A stretch of DNA of 64,000 nt from positions 152,768,001 to 152,832,000 of the forward strand of contig NC_086102.1 in NCBI RefSeq assembly GCF_963921235.1, in the 5' to 3' direction. The notes below the pieces were generated by a model. It saw only the letters and a program-made list of their open reading frames with translations, was not told where the DNA came from and did not search any database. A program made the translations under genes and the position numbers. Of this stretch, positions 52,407 to 63,500 are shown piece after piece. The DNA is from Mobula hypostoma. Its lineage: Eukaryota. The stretch's first letter is position 1. Every line of letters starts with the position of its first letter.

Positions 52407-53580
52407 CAGCGGTCCCCAACCACCGGGCCGCAAAGCGTATGCTACCGGGCCGCGAGGAAACTATATGATTTGGCGCTATGAGTCAGCTGCACCTTTCCTC
52501 ATTCCCTGCCATGCACTATTGAACTTGAACGCACGTGAGGTCATTACCCATCTTCCATGTCAGCGCGGGAAGATCAACTCCTCGAGCTTGCAAATGACGA
52601 CGGGCTGAGAAGTATGTTTGACATAACATCTCTGCCGGCATTCTGGATCAAAGTCAAAGCTGAATATCCTGAGATAGCCACGAAAGCACGGAAAACGTTG
52701 CTTTCATTTCCAACATATCTCTGCAATGAATGCAACGAAAATTAAATTGCAGAATAGACTGGACATAAGGAACCCCGTTCGAGTATCGCTGTCTCCCATC
52801 ACCCCTCGATAGGACCGTCTTGTTGCGGGGAAGCAAGCCCAGGACTCCCACTGATTCAGCGATATTGGTGTGTTGCAATGATTTTATTATGTTCATACGG
52901 AGAAAATATGTGCTGTGTGTTTAATATCCAAACGTTACTTAAAACGCTATTGACTGACTTATATAACCATAGAATAACTACAGCATGGAAACAGGCGATC
53001 TCTGCTCTTCTAGTCTGCGCTGAACGCTACTCTCACCTAGTCCCACCAACCTGCACTCAGCCCATAACCCTCCATTCCTTTCCTGTCCACATACCTATCC
53101 AATTTTTCTTTAAATAATAATATCGAACCTGCTTCTGTCACTTCTACTGGAAGTTCGTTCAACACTTACTTGAAGCTCCCCTGATAATTGACTTATCACT
53201 ATATTCATGCGTGGAAAATATGCACTGTGTGTTTAATATTAAATTCGTTAGATAAACCCTTTTAGAAACGAAATTGAGTATATTAACCACTTATCACCTA
53301 TATTCTGGTCATGATTAACACCCCCCCCCGAACAGAACCGCCGAAAACGATTTGTGGGGGGGGGGGGATATCAGTAGGTCATGCATGCGCACTGGTGCCC
53401 GCGCAAGGCTTCATGGTCATTGTAGTCTTTCTTGGGGTAAACTCAATGTATTTGACTGCTACTCTTGTCCGCTGGCAACCCTACACGCCCCCCCACCGCC
53501 CCCAGCCCCGGTCGGCTGGTCAACAAGATTATTGTAAATATTAAACCGGTCCGCAGTGCGAGAAAGGTTGGGGACCCCTG
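52407..53580 (+). mobile_element. hAT-Charlie non-autonomous element with transposase C-terminal remnant; contains a CR1 tail (~52965-53150, minus)
   Basis: TIRs CAGCGGTCCCCAACC and GGTTGGGGACCCCTG; perfect 8-bp TSD CTGTATAT; FWIKVKAEYPEIATKA..LLSFPTYLC dimerisation-domain motif. Confidence 0.92.
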
Positions 53581-54847
53581 CTGTATATCACTGAAACTCA
53601 CTCAGACTTAATGTACCTTTACACAAGATTTTCAGAAATGATAGTGTCATAAGTTCATAAGAAGCTGAAGTTCATGTAAATTATTGATTTTGGCTCACTC
53701 CAATTAAAGTTGTAGAGTGGGACCTGCAAAGGTATGCTGAATTGCCCATAAATGATTCGGTATTTCTACACATCTACATGAAACTTCCATTATCTTTAAG
53801 GACAGATAAACATGCAGGCCACACGGAACCAGGTACAAAGGGCACGGATCTACCTGAAATCTGCTTCACCAGAGAGAGCTCAACGGACAGTACAAGCCAA
53901 AAACCCTGAGTATGTGCTCACAAGATAGAACTAAAATATGAGGTTGAAACAGCAGACTACAAACAGTGGGTAACAGATGAATCAGGACCAAGTTGTGCAG
54001 ATCAAACAGAATAAATACTAATGTTTGTCAGTTCCACAATGTAATAATGGCAAACACCAATATATTGTGATTACTTCTGCAATATCTAAAACAACAGTTC
54101 ATGCACGATTGGTTTTGTAAATTAGTATTTGTATTAATATTGCAAAGTAATACAGCTAATAGTTGTAAAATAAACTCAGCAATATAACACTAGTTTGCAC
54201 ACTAGTTAGAGCAGTAAGTGCTGGAAATCTTACATTTAATTCCCAGCACAAATTGTGTGTCAGAGAATATTTTTAATCCCCATGTTTTCTTCTTGTATCT
54301 GTTAAACAGTGGAAATATGAAACTGGGTCACTCAATTAACTGACATTAATGTTAAAAGGTAACATTAGAGATACCAAATGTATATGTAAGTTCTATTAGA
54401 AATTCACTGGGATATCCATGTCATTAATGTATTAAAATATTGAGGTACCTTGACCATATTTAAAAACAAAGTGCCAGATTTAGCACTTATTCAAATCAAA
54501 TGTAAAGGCACACACATTGCTGAATAAGACCAACTGCTTCCCTTAGCCTCAAGGAGTTTCCTTAGCATATTTAATTACTTTCTGTCCAAATCAGTTTGAA
54601 GTAGGGTGCAGCTAATATTTTCCGGTTGCTTGACTGGAGAAAGGAAAAATATTGAAAGATAAAAAATGCTCCTATCTTTTTTTAACAACCAAGTATTCCA
54701 GAATATCTCAACACCTGTTTAAATTATTCACTTAACTACATAATTATGTATTATAATAGAAGTCTCAAGCAAAAACAACTAATCCTCCAATTTTTGCTGT
54801 GTTTTCAGTTAATGGAGTAAATATTTACTGTTAAACAGCAAAGACAA

Positions 54848-55103
54848 CTAATCCCCCATGTTTTGCAGTAATCTGCTACATTTGTCAGAGGCCTTTTCCT
54901 TATGATTTTCCATCTTTGAGATTCTAGATCCAAACTGCATTGCTCTCTTTGGCAGAGTGGCAGATGCCGAGAGGCCCAATTCTTTTGCAGCCATTCGCAG
55001 GAGTAGCTTTTCGCCAATCCCATGAGGCAGAGTCAAATCTGCTTTATCCCACACAGGAAGTGAGTTTAGAAAGGAAACCACAGCTTCATCCAAAAATGGA
55101 AAC
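54848..55103 (-). CDS. ASNSD1: ASNSD1 last coding exon
   Basis: cttcag|G FPFLDE...LLQNMGD*. Confidence 0.95.
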
Positions 55104-58100
55104 CTGAAGTGATACAAATACAAGAATTATTTTTAGTACTTTTATTCCAATGGCAAATAGAATTTCCTGGTAATTTTGTAACTTGTACGCAAACAACAGG
55201 AATTCTGCAGATGCTGGAAATTCAAGCAACACACATCAAAGTTGCTGGTGAACGCAGCAGGCCAGGCAGCATCTGTAGGAAGAGGTGCAGTCGACGTTTC
55301 AGGCCGAGACCCTTCGTCAGGACTAACTGAAGGAAGAGTGAGTAAGGGATTTGAAAGTTGGAGGGGGAGGGAGAGATCCAAATTGATAGGAGAAGACAGG
55401 AAGGGGAGGGATGGAGCCAAGAGCTAGACAGGTGATAGGCAAAAGGGGATACGAGAGGATCATGGGACAGGAGGTCCGGGAAGAAAGACGGGGGGGGGGG
55501 GACCCAGAGGATGGGCAAGAGGTATATTCAGAGGGACAGAGGGAGAAAAAGGAGAGTAGAGAAAGAATGTGTGCATAAAAATAAATAACGGACGGGGTAC
55601 GAGGGGGAGGTGGGGCCTTAGCGGAAGTTAGAGAAGTCGATGTTCATGCCATCAGGTTGGAGGCTACCCAGACGGAATATAAGGTGTTGTTCCTCCAACC
55701 TGAGTGTGGCTTCATCTTTACAGTAGAGGAGGCCGTGGATAGGCATGTCAGAATGGGAATGGGATGTGGAATTAAAATGTGTGGCCACTGGGAGATCCTG
55801 CTTTCTTTGGCGGACAGAGCGTAGATGTTCAGCAAAGCGGTCTCCCAGTCTGCGTCGGGTCTCGCCAATATATAAAAGGCCACATCGGGAGCACCGGACG
55901 CAGTATATCACCCCAGTCGACTCACAGGTGAAGTGTTGCCTCACCTGGAAGGACTGTTTGGGGCCCTGAATGGTGGTAAGGGAGGAAGTGTAAGGGCATG
56001 TGTAGCACTTGTTCCGCTTACACGGATGTGTCAGGAGGGAGACCTGACGTAATCCCTTACTCACTCTTCCTTCAGTTAGTCCTGACGAAGGGTCTCGGCC
56101 TGAAACGTCGACTGCACCTCTTCCTACAGATGCTGCCTGGCCTGCTGCGTTCACCAGCAACTTTGATGTGTGTTGCTTTGTAACTTGTACGTTTTTTTTC
56201 TCCTTGCTTACTTGGACCAGTGTTAATTTGGACATATCTCTAGCCCCAAAGGCCTATCATTATTCAACGGGCAATGCCGGTTGAATTCCTGACTATGGCA
56301 GTTCCATCCAGCTTTCTTTCTTAATACTGTTGAATTCAGCAGTCTGATCTTATGCCTATCCACTCATATCAATGCTACTTATTATGCTATCAAGTATTGT
56401 TTACTTCATTATGTAAGGTTAAGTTGTATTCATTTAATCCAAGTATGAAAGCTGTGAAAAATTTGAGAACCAGATTGATAGGGAGAATTAAAGTTGCCTT
56501 TCACTGACATAACTAGGCCCAATGGAAGCCTGCGGAACAGCACCCATTTCTGACGACAGCATATCCCTTCTGAAAGACCTGAACTGCATGTTTTGAAGAG
56601 GATTGGTATGTCACCATCCACTCTGACAACCTCCTATTTTACCTTGCGCTACCTTGATACACTGAGTAAGGAATTGCTCTGCATTAACAGTACGCAAGAC
56701 ATTTTCACTCTTCCTTAGTACACGTGACAATAATAAACCAATTCCAATGTAACCTTCCAGACTCAATAATGAATTTTCCATCTTCAAGTAATTAATTTAA
56801 GATTTCCAGCACCTGCAGTTTTTTTTTAAAAATTTTCAGGCAACTCACTTATTCTCTCCTTCATCAGAACTGGTCATGTCTTCTGTAATGTATGTAAGAT
56901 ATTAGCTCAGTTTTTCTTTCTCCTATAGCAAAATTTTACTTTAATGCATATCCCACACCCCTGCAAGACATTAAAGTTACTTTGTTTGTAATATCACTCT
57001 CCATCTGTCCTCTTTAACCATTTGACCAGAGGACAGCACATATTTCCCCTTGACAACCCTGTCTTCATTCATGGATACTCACTTGCTCTTGTGCATCTTC
57101 TCCTCACCTTATCTGAAGCTCAAAACTAAATATTTTTCTTTTTCCCAGTCTTATGAATCAACCTGAACAGTATCACGATTTTTGCAAGCGGAACAAGTGC
57201 TTCACCTGCCCCTACACCTCCTCTCTCACTACCATTCAGTGCCCCAGACAGTCCTTCCAGGAGAGGCCACACCTCACCTGTGAGTCTGTTGGGGTTATAT
57301 ACTGTGTCCAGTGCTCCCAGTGTGGCAACTCATATACTGGTGAAGCACGACATAGACTGGGAGGCTACTTCGCCGAGCATTTACACTCCATCCGTCAGAA
57401 CAAGCAGGATCTCCCAGTGGCCACCCATTTTAATTCCACTTCCCATTCCCATTCTGGTATGTCCATCCATGGCCTACTCCACTGTCAGGATAAGGCCACA
57501 CTTCGGTTGGAGGAACAACATCTTGTATTCCATCTGGGTAGCCTCCAGCCTCATGGCATGAACATCAATTTCTCAAACTTCCAGTAATGTCTCCAGCACC
57601 CCCATCACTTCACCATTTCCCATCACCTTGCTTCTTTCCCGTGGTCACCAATGACTCTGTCGTCTCTTCCAAGATTACGTGAGGAGATGCGATCAAGTTC
57701 CATCTCCAGTTCTTTGACCAGGCCTTCAAATCCTGATGTTTTGTAGCGGATGCGGTGACGGGAGTAACCTGCAAGTTGTTCATCAGCGCCAATCCCAGTC
57801 AACACCACCTAGAAGCAAATATTTATACAGCTTTTCATTCCCAAGCCTGCTAACACCAGTTAAATGAAAACGCAATGTACTACCCAAAACCAATTTTGGT
57901 TAATACAGCTTAAGTTAACAAAGTATTACATTTCAAACAGAAGTTAATTCTAACATAACTGGGTTAACATTAACACAAGGAAATCTGCAGATGCTGGAAA
58001 TTCAAGCAACACACATAAAAGTTGCTGGTGAATGCAGCAGGCCAGGCAGCATCTCTAGGAAGAGGTACAGTCGACGTTTCGGGCTGAGACCCTTCGTCAG

Positions 58101-60501
58101 GACATTGGGTAAACATTAATCTGATTAATGTTTACAGCATTTTCTGTTTTTAGTTCATATTTTTATCATTTACAATAATTTGTGGTCTGTGTTACGGGCA
58201 AAGATCAATGTGACTCCGTACTTGGAGGCATTTGGAAAATAAATAGAATGCAGAAGTTGGTTAAAAATTCATAAGATAGAAAGTAAAGGTACTTCAAAAC
58301 AAGCAGCATTTGCTTTAAGGATACGTGGGTATACAATAAGAGATGGAAGCAAAAATATCACAATAAGGATAACTACAACTTAAGAGAAAAGATCACTGAC
58401 TAATGAATGCAGGGATAAGAAATCAGAAGAGATTAGGTCAGCAGCAACATAGGACTTAGTAGTAGATCAACTCAACCTTACAGGATGTAAAGTTTTTAAA
58501 GGTCCAAAGGTAACCTTACACCAGGAAATGTGGTTTTTGAAAAACAATGGGAAATCTGCAGAAGACAACAATATGTGTTCTAAGCGCAAAAGTACTCAAC
58601 CAATTTATTCCAATTCTATTTCTACGTCAGGCCACAGTTGAGGTTAGAATTATTTTAAAGTGAGGGTACTTGAATGTGCTTTTCAGGGAAGTTACAACAC
58701 CCAGGTCAAGCCTTATTCTCATTGCTACCCTCAGGAAGGAGGTAAGAGAGGCGCAAGGACACACTCGGTAATTCAAGAACAGCTTCTTCCCTTCTGCCAT
58801 CCGATTTCTGAATGGACATTGAAACCATGAACACGACTTCAAAACTTACTTATTTATATGATTTGCACTACTCATTTAACTATTTTATACACACACATAT
58901 ATATATGTATATATGCAGTAATATTAATCCTGACTCTGCCATTCTATTTAAATGCAGTTAAGTAATAAACAACAATGACTTCTTCATTAAAATATGCATC
59001 TGATCAATGTTTATACTCCAAATAGTGTGTGCAAAAATAAAACTTTAAGAATTTAACTCCTCACCTTAGCAGTGCTGATATACTGCTGGATGTCTTCATT
59101 GCTGGTGTTAATACCAATACCTCTTGCTGCAAACCATACCGCACAGCCAATGCTGTCATCCAAAACAGTGTCCAGGGGTTGTACCAAATGGCTAATCCGG
59201 TGTTGTCTCATTTCTTTCAGCTCTTCTAATGTGATATTGATTTCTACAAAATTCCAATGTCTGGAAGGATTTATAATTTGTAATTCTTTTAAACCAGCCT
59301 GGCCAGTGATCCGATCAGGCACATTAAAAGCAGTTTTCTCCTTAATAGTAACACTGTCATTTTTTGAAGTCTCCATTTCTGATGCATCAGCAGTATTGTT
59401 TTGTCGCTGCTTTTTCTTTGAGATTTTTTGCATTTTCCTTTCTCGCTGCTCAAAGGCTACATTCAGTAAGTCAATAGGTTCATCTGCAGGAACATGTCGG
59501 TCAGCCAAGGCAGAGAGGACCATAGAATCAACACCTCCAGAAAAAAGAATTGCTACTTTTGCTTTATCAGAATTCATTTTATGCACTGCACAATCAGATG
59601 GATTTAGGTTCCTTGGTAAAAAAAGCACTCGTCGTCTAACAGATTCATTCAAAATATCAATAAATTGATGAACAATTTTTTTCTTGTGTTCATCTGAAAG
59701 ACACATGTCAACATTTGTCAAATTTCTTGCAGAATAATTACTTTCTGTACATGGATCTGGAATACTGCAATTCATAGGAATGATGGGGGCTCTGAGGAAA
59801 ATCCTTGATTCATTCAAAAGCACAGAAACAAAATTAGGAAGTTCTTCACTGAACTGAGCTTGTAAGTGAGAAGCCATTTCACATTCAGTCGAAACATGTT
59901 TCCAAGGGTACCACGTTAGTGCCAGACAGCTGGGATTGGGCTGTTTTTGTAGGTCAATTTTATAAAGTCCACGTGCTGGTACCTCATACCAAGGGACATT
60001 TAGACAGTTTGGGAGAGAAGCACTCACTGATACAAGAGTAAGGTAGGGATTTTTAAACTGCCATAGTAAACTCCGGCGACCAAAATAGTCTCGACCAAAC
60101 CACAAACAATGAGTGGATGGTTGGTAATAGATAAAAGCCCAAGGTCCTCGAATAGCTGAAAAGACAGATAGAATGTCTTCTTCACTGTAACATGAAGACA
60201 AATGCTGAAGAATAATCTGAGTGTCATTGTCTTCAGGTTTCATTTCAATACCCCCAAACACCTCCCCATTCCAAAGGAGGAGATTTCCTTGAGCATCCTG
60301 CATGGGCTGTGGATTTAGGCTTCCTCTCATATGCAGCACATGACCAGAAAAGCTACAACTATAGCCCAGATCAGGCACCACTTTGGATAACTGTTGACTA
60401 TAGTTAGGACCTCTTCGTCGAAGGCATTCAAGCATTTCCTCTCCCAAAATAACAGGAGCATTTTGGGGGGACAAAACTAACATACAGCAAATTCCACACA
60501 T
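54848..60501 (-). CDS. ASNSD1: Asparagine synthetase domain-containing protein 1, 624 aa, 3 coding exons
   Basis: Exons 60501-59065, 57808-57627 and 55103-54848 total 1875 nt in frame. N-terminal Ntn-amidotransferase [23 protein letters not shown]; synthetase motifs [42 protein letters not shown]. Confidence 0.97.
55289..55324 (-). ncRNA. Minimal hammerhead ribozyme motif (sense to ASNSD1 pre-mRNA)
   Basis: Same core. Confidence 0.75.
56078..56113 (+). ncRNA. Minimal hammerhead ribozyme motif
   Basis: Same core. Confidence 0.75.
57180..57622 (+). mobile_element. Older Penelope GIY-YIG fragment
   Basis: CKRNKCFTC...[19 protein letters not shown]...MNINFSNFQ*. Confidence 0.9.
57627..57808 (-). 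CDS. ASNSD1: ASNSD1 second coding exon (182 nt)
   Basis: ttctag|[15 protein letters not shown]...HGKEA AG|gtgatg. Confidence 0.95.
57974..58105 (-). mobile_element. Penelope-derived ~130-bp mini-element with hammerhead core (58070-58103)
   Basis: 14-bp TSD with one mismatch, TGGGT(T/A)AACATTAA, at 57960-57973 and 58106-58119. Confidence 0.85.
58720..58885 (+). mobile_element. Rex1-like 3' fragment (a related copy lies at ~63580-63805)
   Basis: ttcaagaacagcttcttcccttctgccatccgatttctgaa ([14 protein letters not shown]). Confidence 0.65.
59065..60501 (-). CDS. ASNSD1: ASNSD1 first coding exon (shared with 3' end of ASDURF; exon starts at 60616)
   Basis: 479 codons; donor AAG|gtgagg. Confidence 0.96.
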
Positions 60502-60551
60502 TTCATGCTTTTTATTTATCCATCCATGTCAATCAACAGCACTAATGTTCA

Positions 60552-63500
60552 TTACTTCTTCACTTCCTCAGTATTTTCCAATTCCTGGTATTCCCTTCTC
60601 ATCTCATCAAGGGAACCTGTAAAATTACATACCAATAATTAGATTCTTTGAGAGTCCTTTGTATTAAATTTGCTATGAAAGTGAAGGCTGCTGTGTTTTG
60701 CTTTGCCAGAGAAGGTTCAAAGTAGTACCAAATTGATTTGAACTTCCTCATGCTTTAAGAATACCCAATTTTAAAAAAACTTTTGAAGATAGAGACTGCC
60801 ATCTTATTAACTTTATGATTAATAGGCAAAACATGCATTATTTTCTCCTCATAGGTAAAAGAATTGAATAATGGATAGAATAATAAATATATTTAGTAAC
60901 CAATCATAATATTATTAATATCTTCATAATTGTTAATTAATTAATTGGGAGAAAATAATTCTCTTGCCAAATATTTTAGTAGTGTTTGTTCCAGATTGGG
61001 ATATTTAATCACATTCAAGCTTTTAAAGTCCAATAAGTTCTAAAAGTATAACTATAACAGTTAAATTTTCTGTTAAAATGTCCAATTTGACACACATCAT
61101 GTTTCAGAACCATCTGACACAAAAAGTACCACTGAGTAACAAGTTGGTGAATTTTACAAGCACTGTCAATGGCTATTTGTTTCTGACAGATGGAAGAAGA
61201 AGAAGGATATTATTAAATGACCTCATTCCACCCATGTAGATAAAATACTACTCATGAAGGTAAACAACAGGAATTCTGCAGATGCTGGAAATTCAAGCAA
61301 CACACATAAAAGTTGCTGGTGAACGCAGCAGGCCAGGCAGCATCTGTAGGAAGAGGTGCAGTCGACGTTTCAGGCCGAGACCCTTCGTCAGGACTAACTG
61401 AAGGAAGAGTGAGTAAGGGATTTGAAAGCTGGAGGGGGAGGGGGAGATGCAAAATGATAGGAGAAGACAGGAGGGGGAGGGATGGAGCCGAGAGCTGGAC
61501 AGGTGATAGGCAGAAGGGGATACGAGAGGATCATGGGACAGGAGGTCCGGGAAGAAAGACGGGGGGGGGGTGACCCAGAGGATGGGCAAGAGGTATATTC
61601 AGAGGCTCTACTGTAAAGATGAAGCCACACTCAGGTTGGAGGAACAACACCTTATATTCCGTATGGGTAGCCTCCAACCTGATGGCATGAACATTGACTT
61701 CTCTAACTTCCGCTAGGCCCCACCTCCCCCTCGTACCCCATCTGTTACTCTTTTTTATGCACACATTCTTTCTCTCACTCTCCTTTTTCTCCCTCTGTCC
61801 CTCTGAATATACCTCTTGCCCATCCTCTGGGTCACCCCCCCCCGTCTTTCTTCCCGGACCTCCTGTCCCATGATCCTCTCGTATCCCCTTCTGCCTATCA
61901 CCTGTCCAGCTCTCGGCTCCATCCCTCCCCCTCCTGTCTTCTCCTATCATTTTGCATCTCCCCCTCCCCCTCCAGCTTTCAAATCCCTTACTCACTCTTC
62001 CTTCAGTTAGTCCTGACGAAGGGTCTCGGCCTGAAACGTCGACTGCACCTCTTCCTACAGATGCTGCCTGGCCTGCTGCGTTCACCAGCAACTTTTATGT
62101 GTGTTGCTACTCATGAAGGTGACCAGTATGAACACGAGTTAATAGACAAAGCAAAGGGAACATGTTTTGAAAATCAGTAAGGAAATTAAAAATAGAAGGA
62201 TTAAGTGTCTAATACAGAAATAATACAATAGAGCTTCTTATGAATATAGAAAACAAAAACGTTGAATCTGATAACTTACACAACAGATTCACCAACCATA
62301 TTTTACAAAATATTCTTTCAAAATAAATAACTTACATTTACTTTCACTTAGAGTCTGTGTTTGATCTGCTGTAAAAAATATATAGCTATTCGGCTGCTGC
62401 TTATAAACTTTCTGAAATAGAATGGTTAACAATTATTGTAAAAAGGAGAAACAATTAATGTATTAAAAAAGCAAAGCATTTGGCTCTATGCATGCATTTG
62501 GTTCATTAAAGTGTTTTTATTAAATTTTATTCCCTTCATTTTCACCAAATCATATTTTGAACTACTTTCCAACTTTAAATAAAATAAAGGAAATTTGGTT
62601 TATTGTGAAATTATTCTACACTATTTCTGAAGGAAATTCCATTAGCTGCATGCACAGTGCTAATACATTTACCATTACAAATGGATATTCAATAACCTTG
62701 GAGTGTTTTTCCAATATGCAATTTATTAGAATATAACCCTGCAGGCAGCAAAACTCTGGGCTGATAAGTGGCAAGAATCAGTTGAACAACACAAGTATAT
62801 TGCAACAATCATCTCTAGTAATCCAATTTAATCATGTACTTGCAATCAAAGCATCAGATTAAGAAACTCTCAGAAGCCATCACTGAGCACAATGCAAATT
62901 GTGATAACAAGACTAGGTCCTATGCTGGGAAAGTAACCAACTTCCTGACTCCCTGAGTTTGTTCCACAATCCAGAAAGATCATGTAGCCAAACACTATTC
63001 AGCACTAACTCACATGACGAGCACATCATATATCACCCTAAGACTTTAGCTTGTAGTGGGCAAGGTGTTGATTCTGGTGATGAGAAATTTGGAAAATGTA
63101 AAGAGCAAGGCAAAGTTATAGCACAAGGTACCAAAAAAAAAACCAGGTAATATTAACCAGAGCTCGTCAGTGTAGGACAGTACACTGCATGTGTTTATCT
63201 TCACTTGAGTCACAGTAAAGAAAAAAGGCAAAAATAGTAGTATTTGCAGCTAATTGCACATCATATTTATAAATCCACAGGCAGATTAACAACACAGAAA
63301 TAAATGTGTATAATTTTATAGGCAGCATTCCAAAGGTGTGCCTGTAAAGTGACCATGGTTGGGAACTGAAGTTTACAGGATGCGTGACCTCTAGAAGAAA
63401 TAGGCCAAGATGACAAAAGGTAAGGTGGCCCTTACAGTACAAAGTTAAAAGCTTAGTATTGAAAATTTGTGAAATAGAATCAATTTAGATGGATGTAAGA

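Larger units (their letters stand above)
55190..56176 (-). mobile_element. Young 5'-truncated Penelope-like element: GIY-YIG endonuclease end, pLTR and tail, plus an inverted partial pLTR
   Basis: CKRNKCYTC linker, [26 protein letters not shown]; 15-bp TSD TTTGTAACTTGTACG at 55175-55189 and 56177-56191. Confidence 0.93.
61262..62106. mobile_element. Very young Penelope insertion forming a ~308-bp inverted repeat
   Basis: Arms 61297-61605 and 61800-62107; 14-bp TSD CTACTCATGAAGGT at 61248-61261 and 62107-62120. Confidence 0.93.

Noticed and set aside
55618-56235. 205-aa ORF as a host gene
   Set aside because: Chimeric read-through of an inverted pLTR into a truncated Penelope endonuclease; no RT.
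59072-59668. 198-aa plus-strand ORF
   Set aside because: Antisense shadow of the long ASNSD1 exon; no recognisable motifs.
61293-62091. Recurrent ORFs [11 protein letters not shown]... and MPILWV...
   Set aside because: Translations of the non-coding Penelope pLTR, repeated wherever the element occurs.
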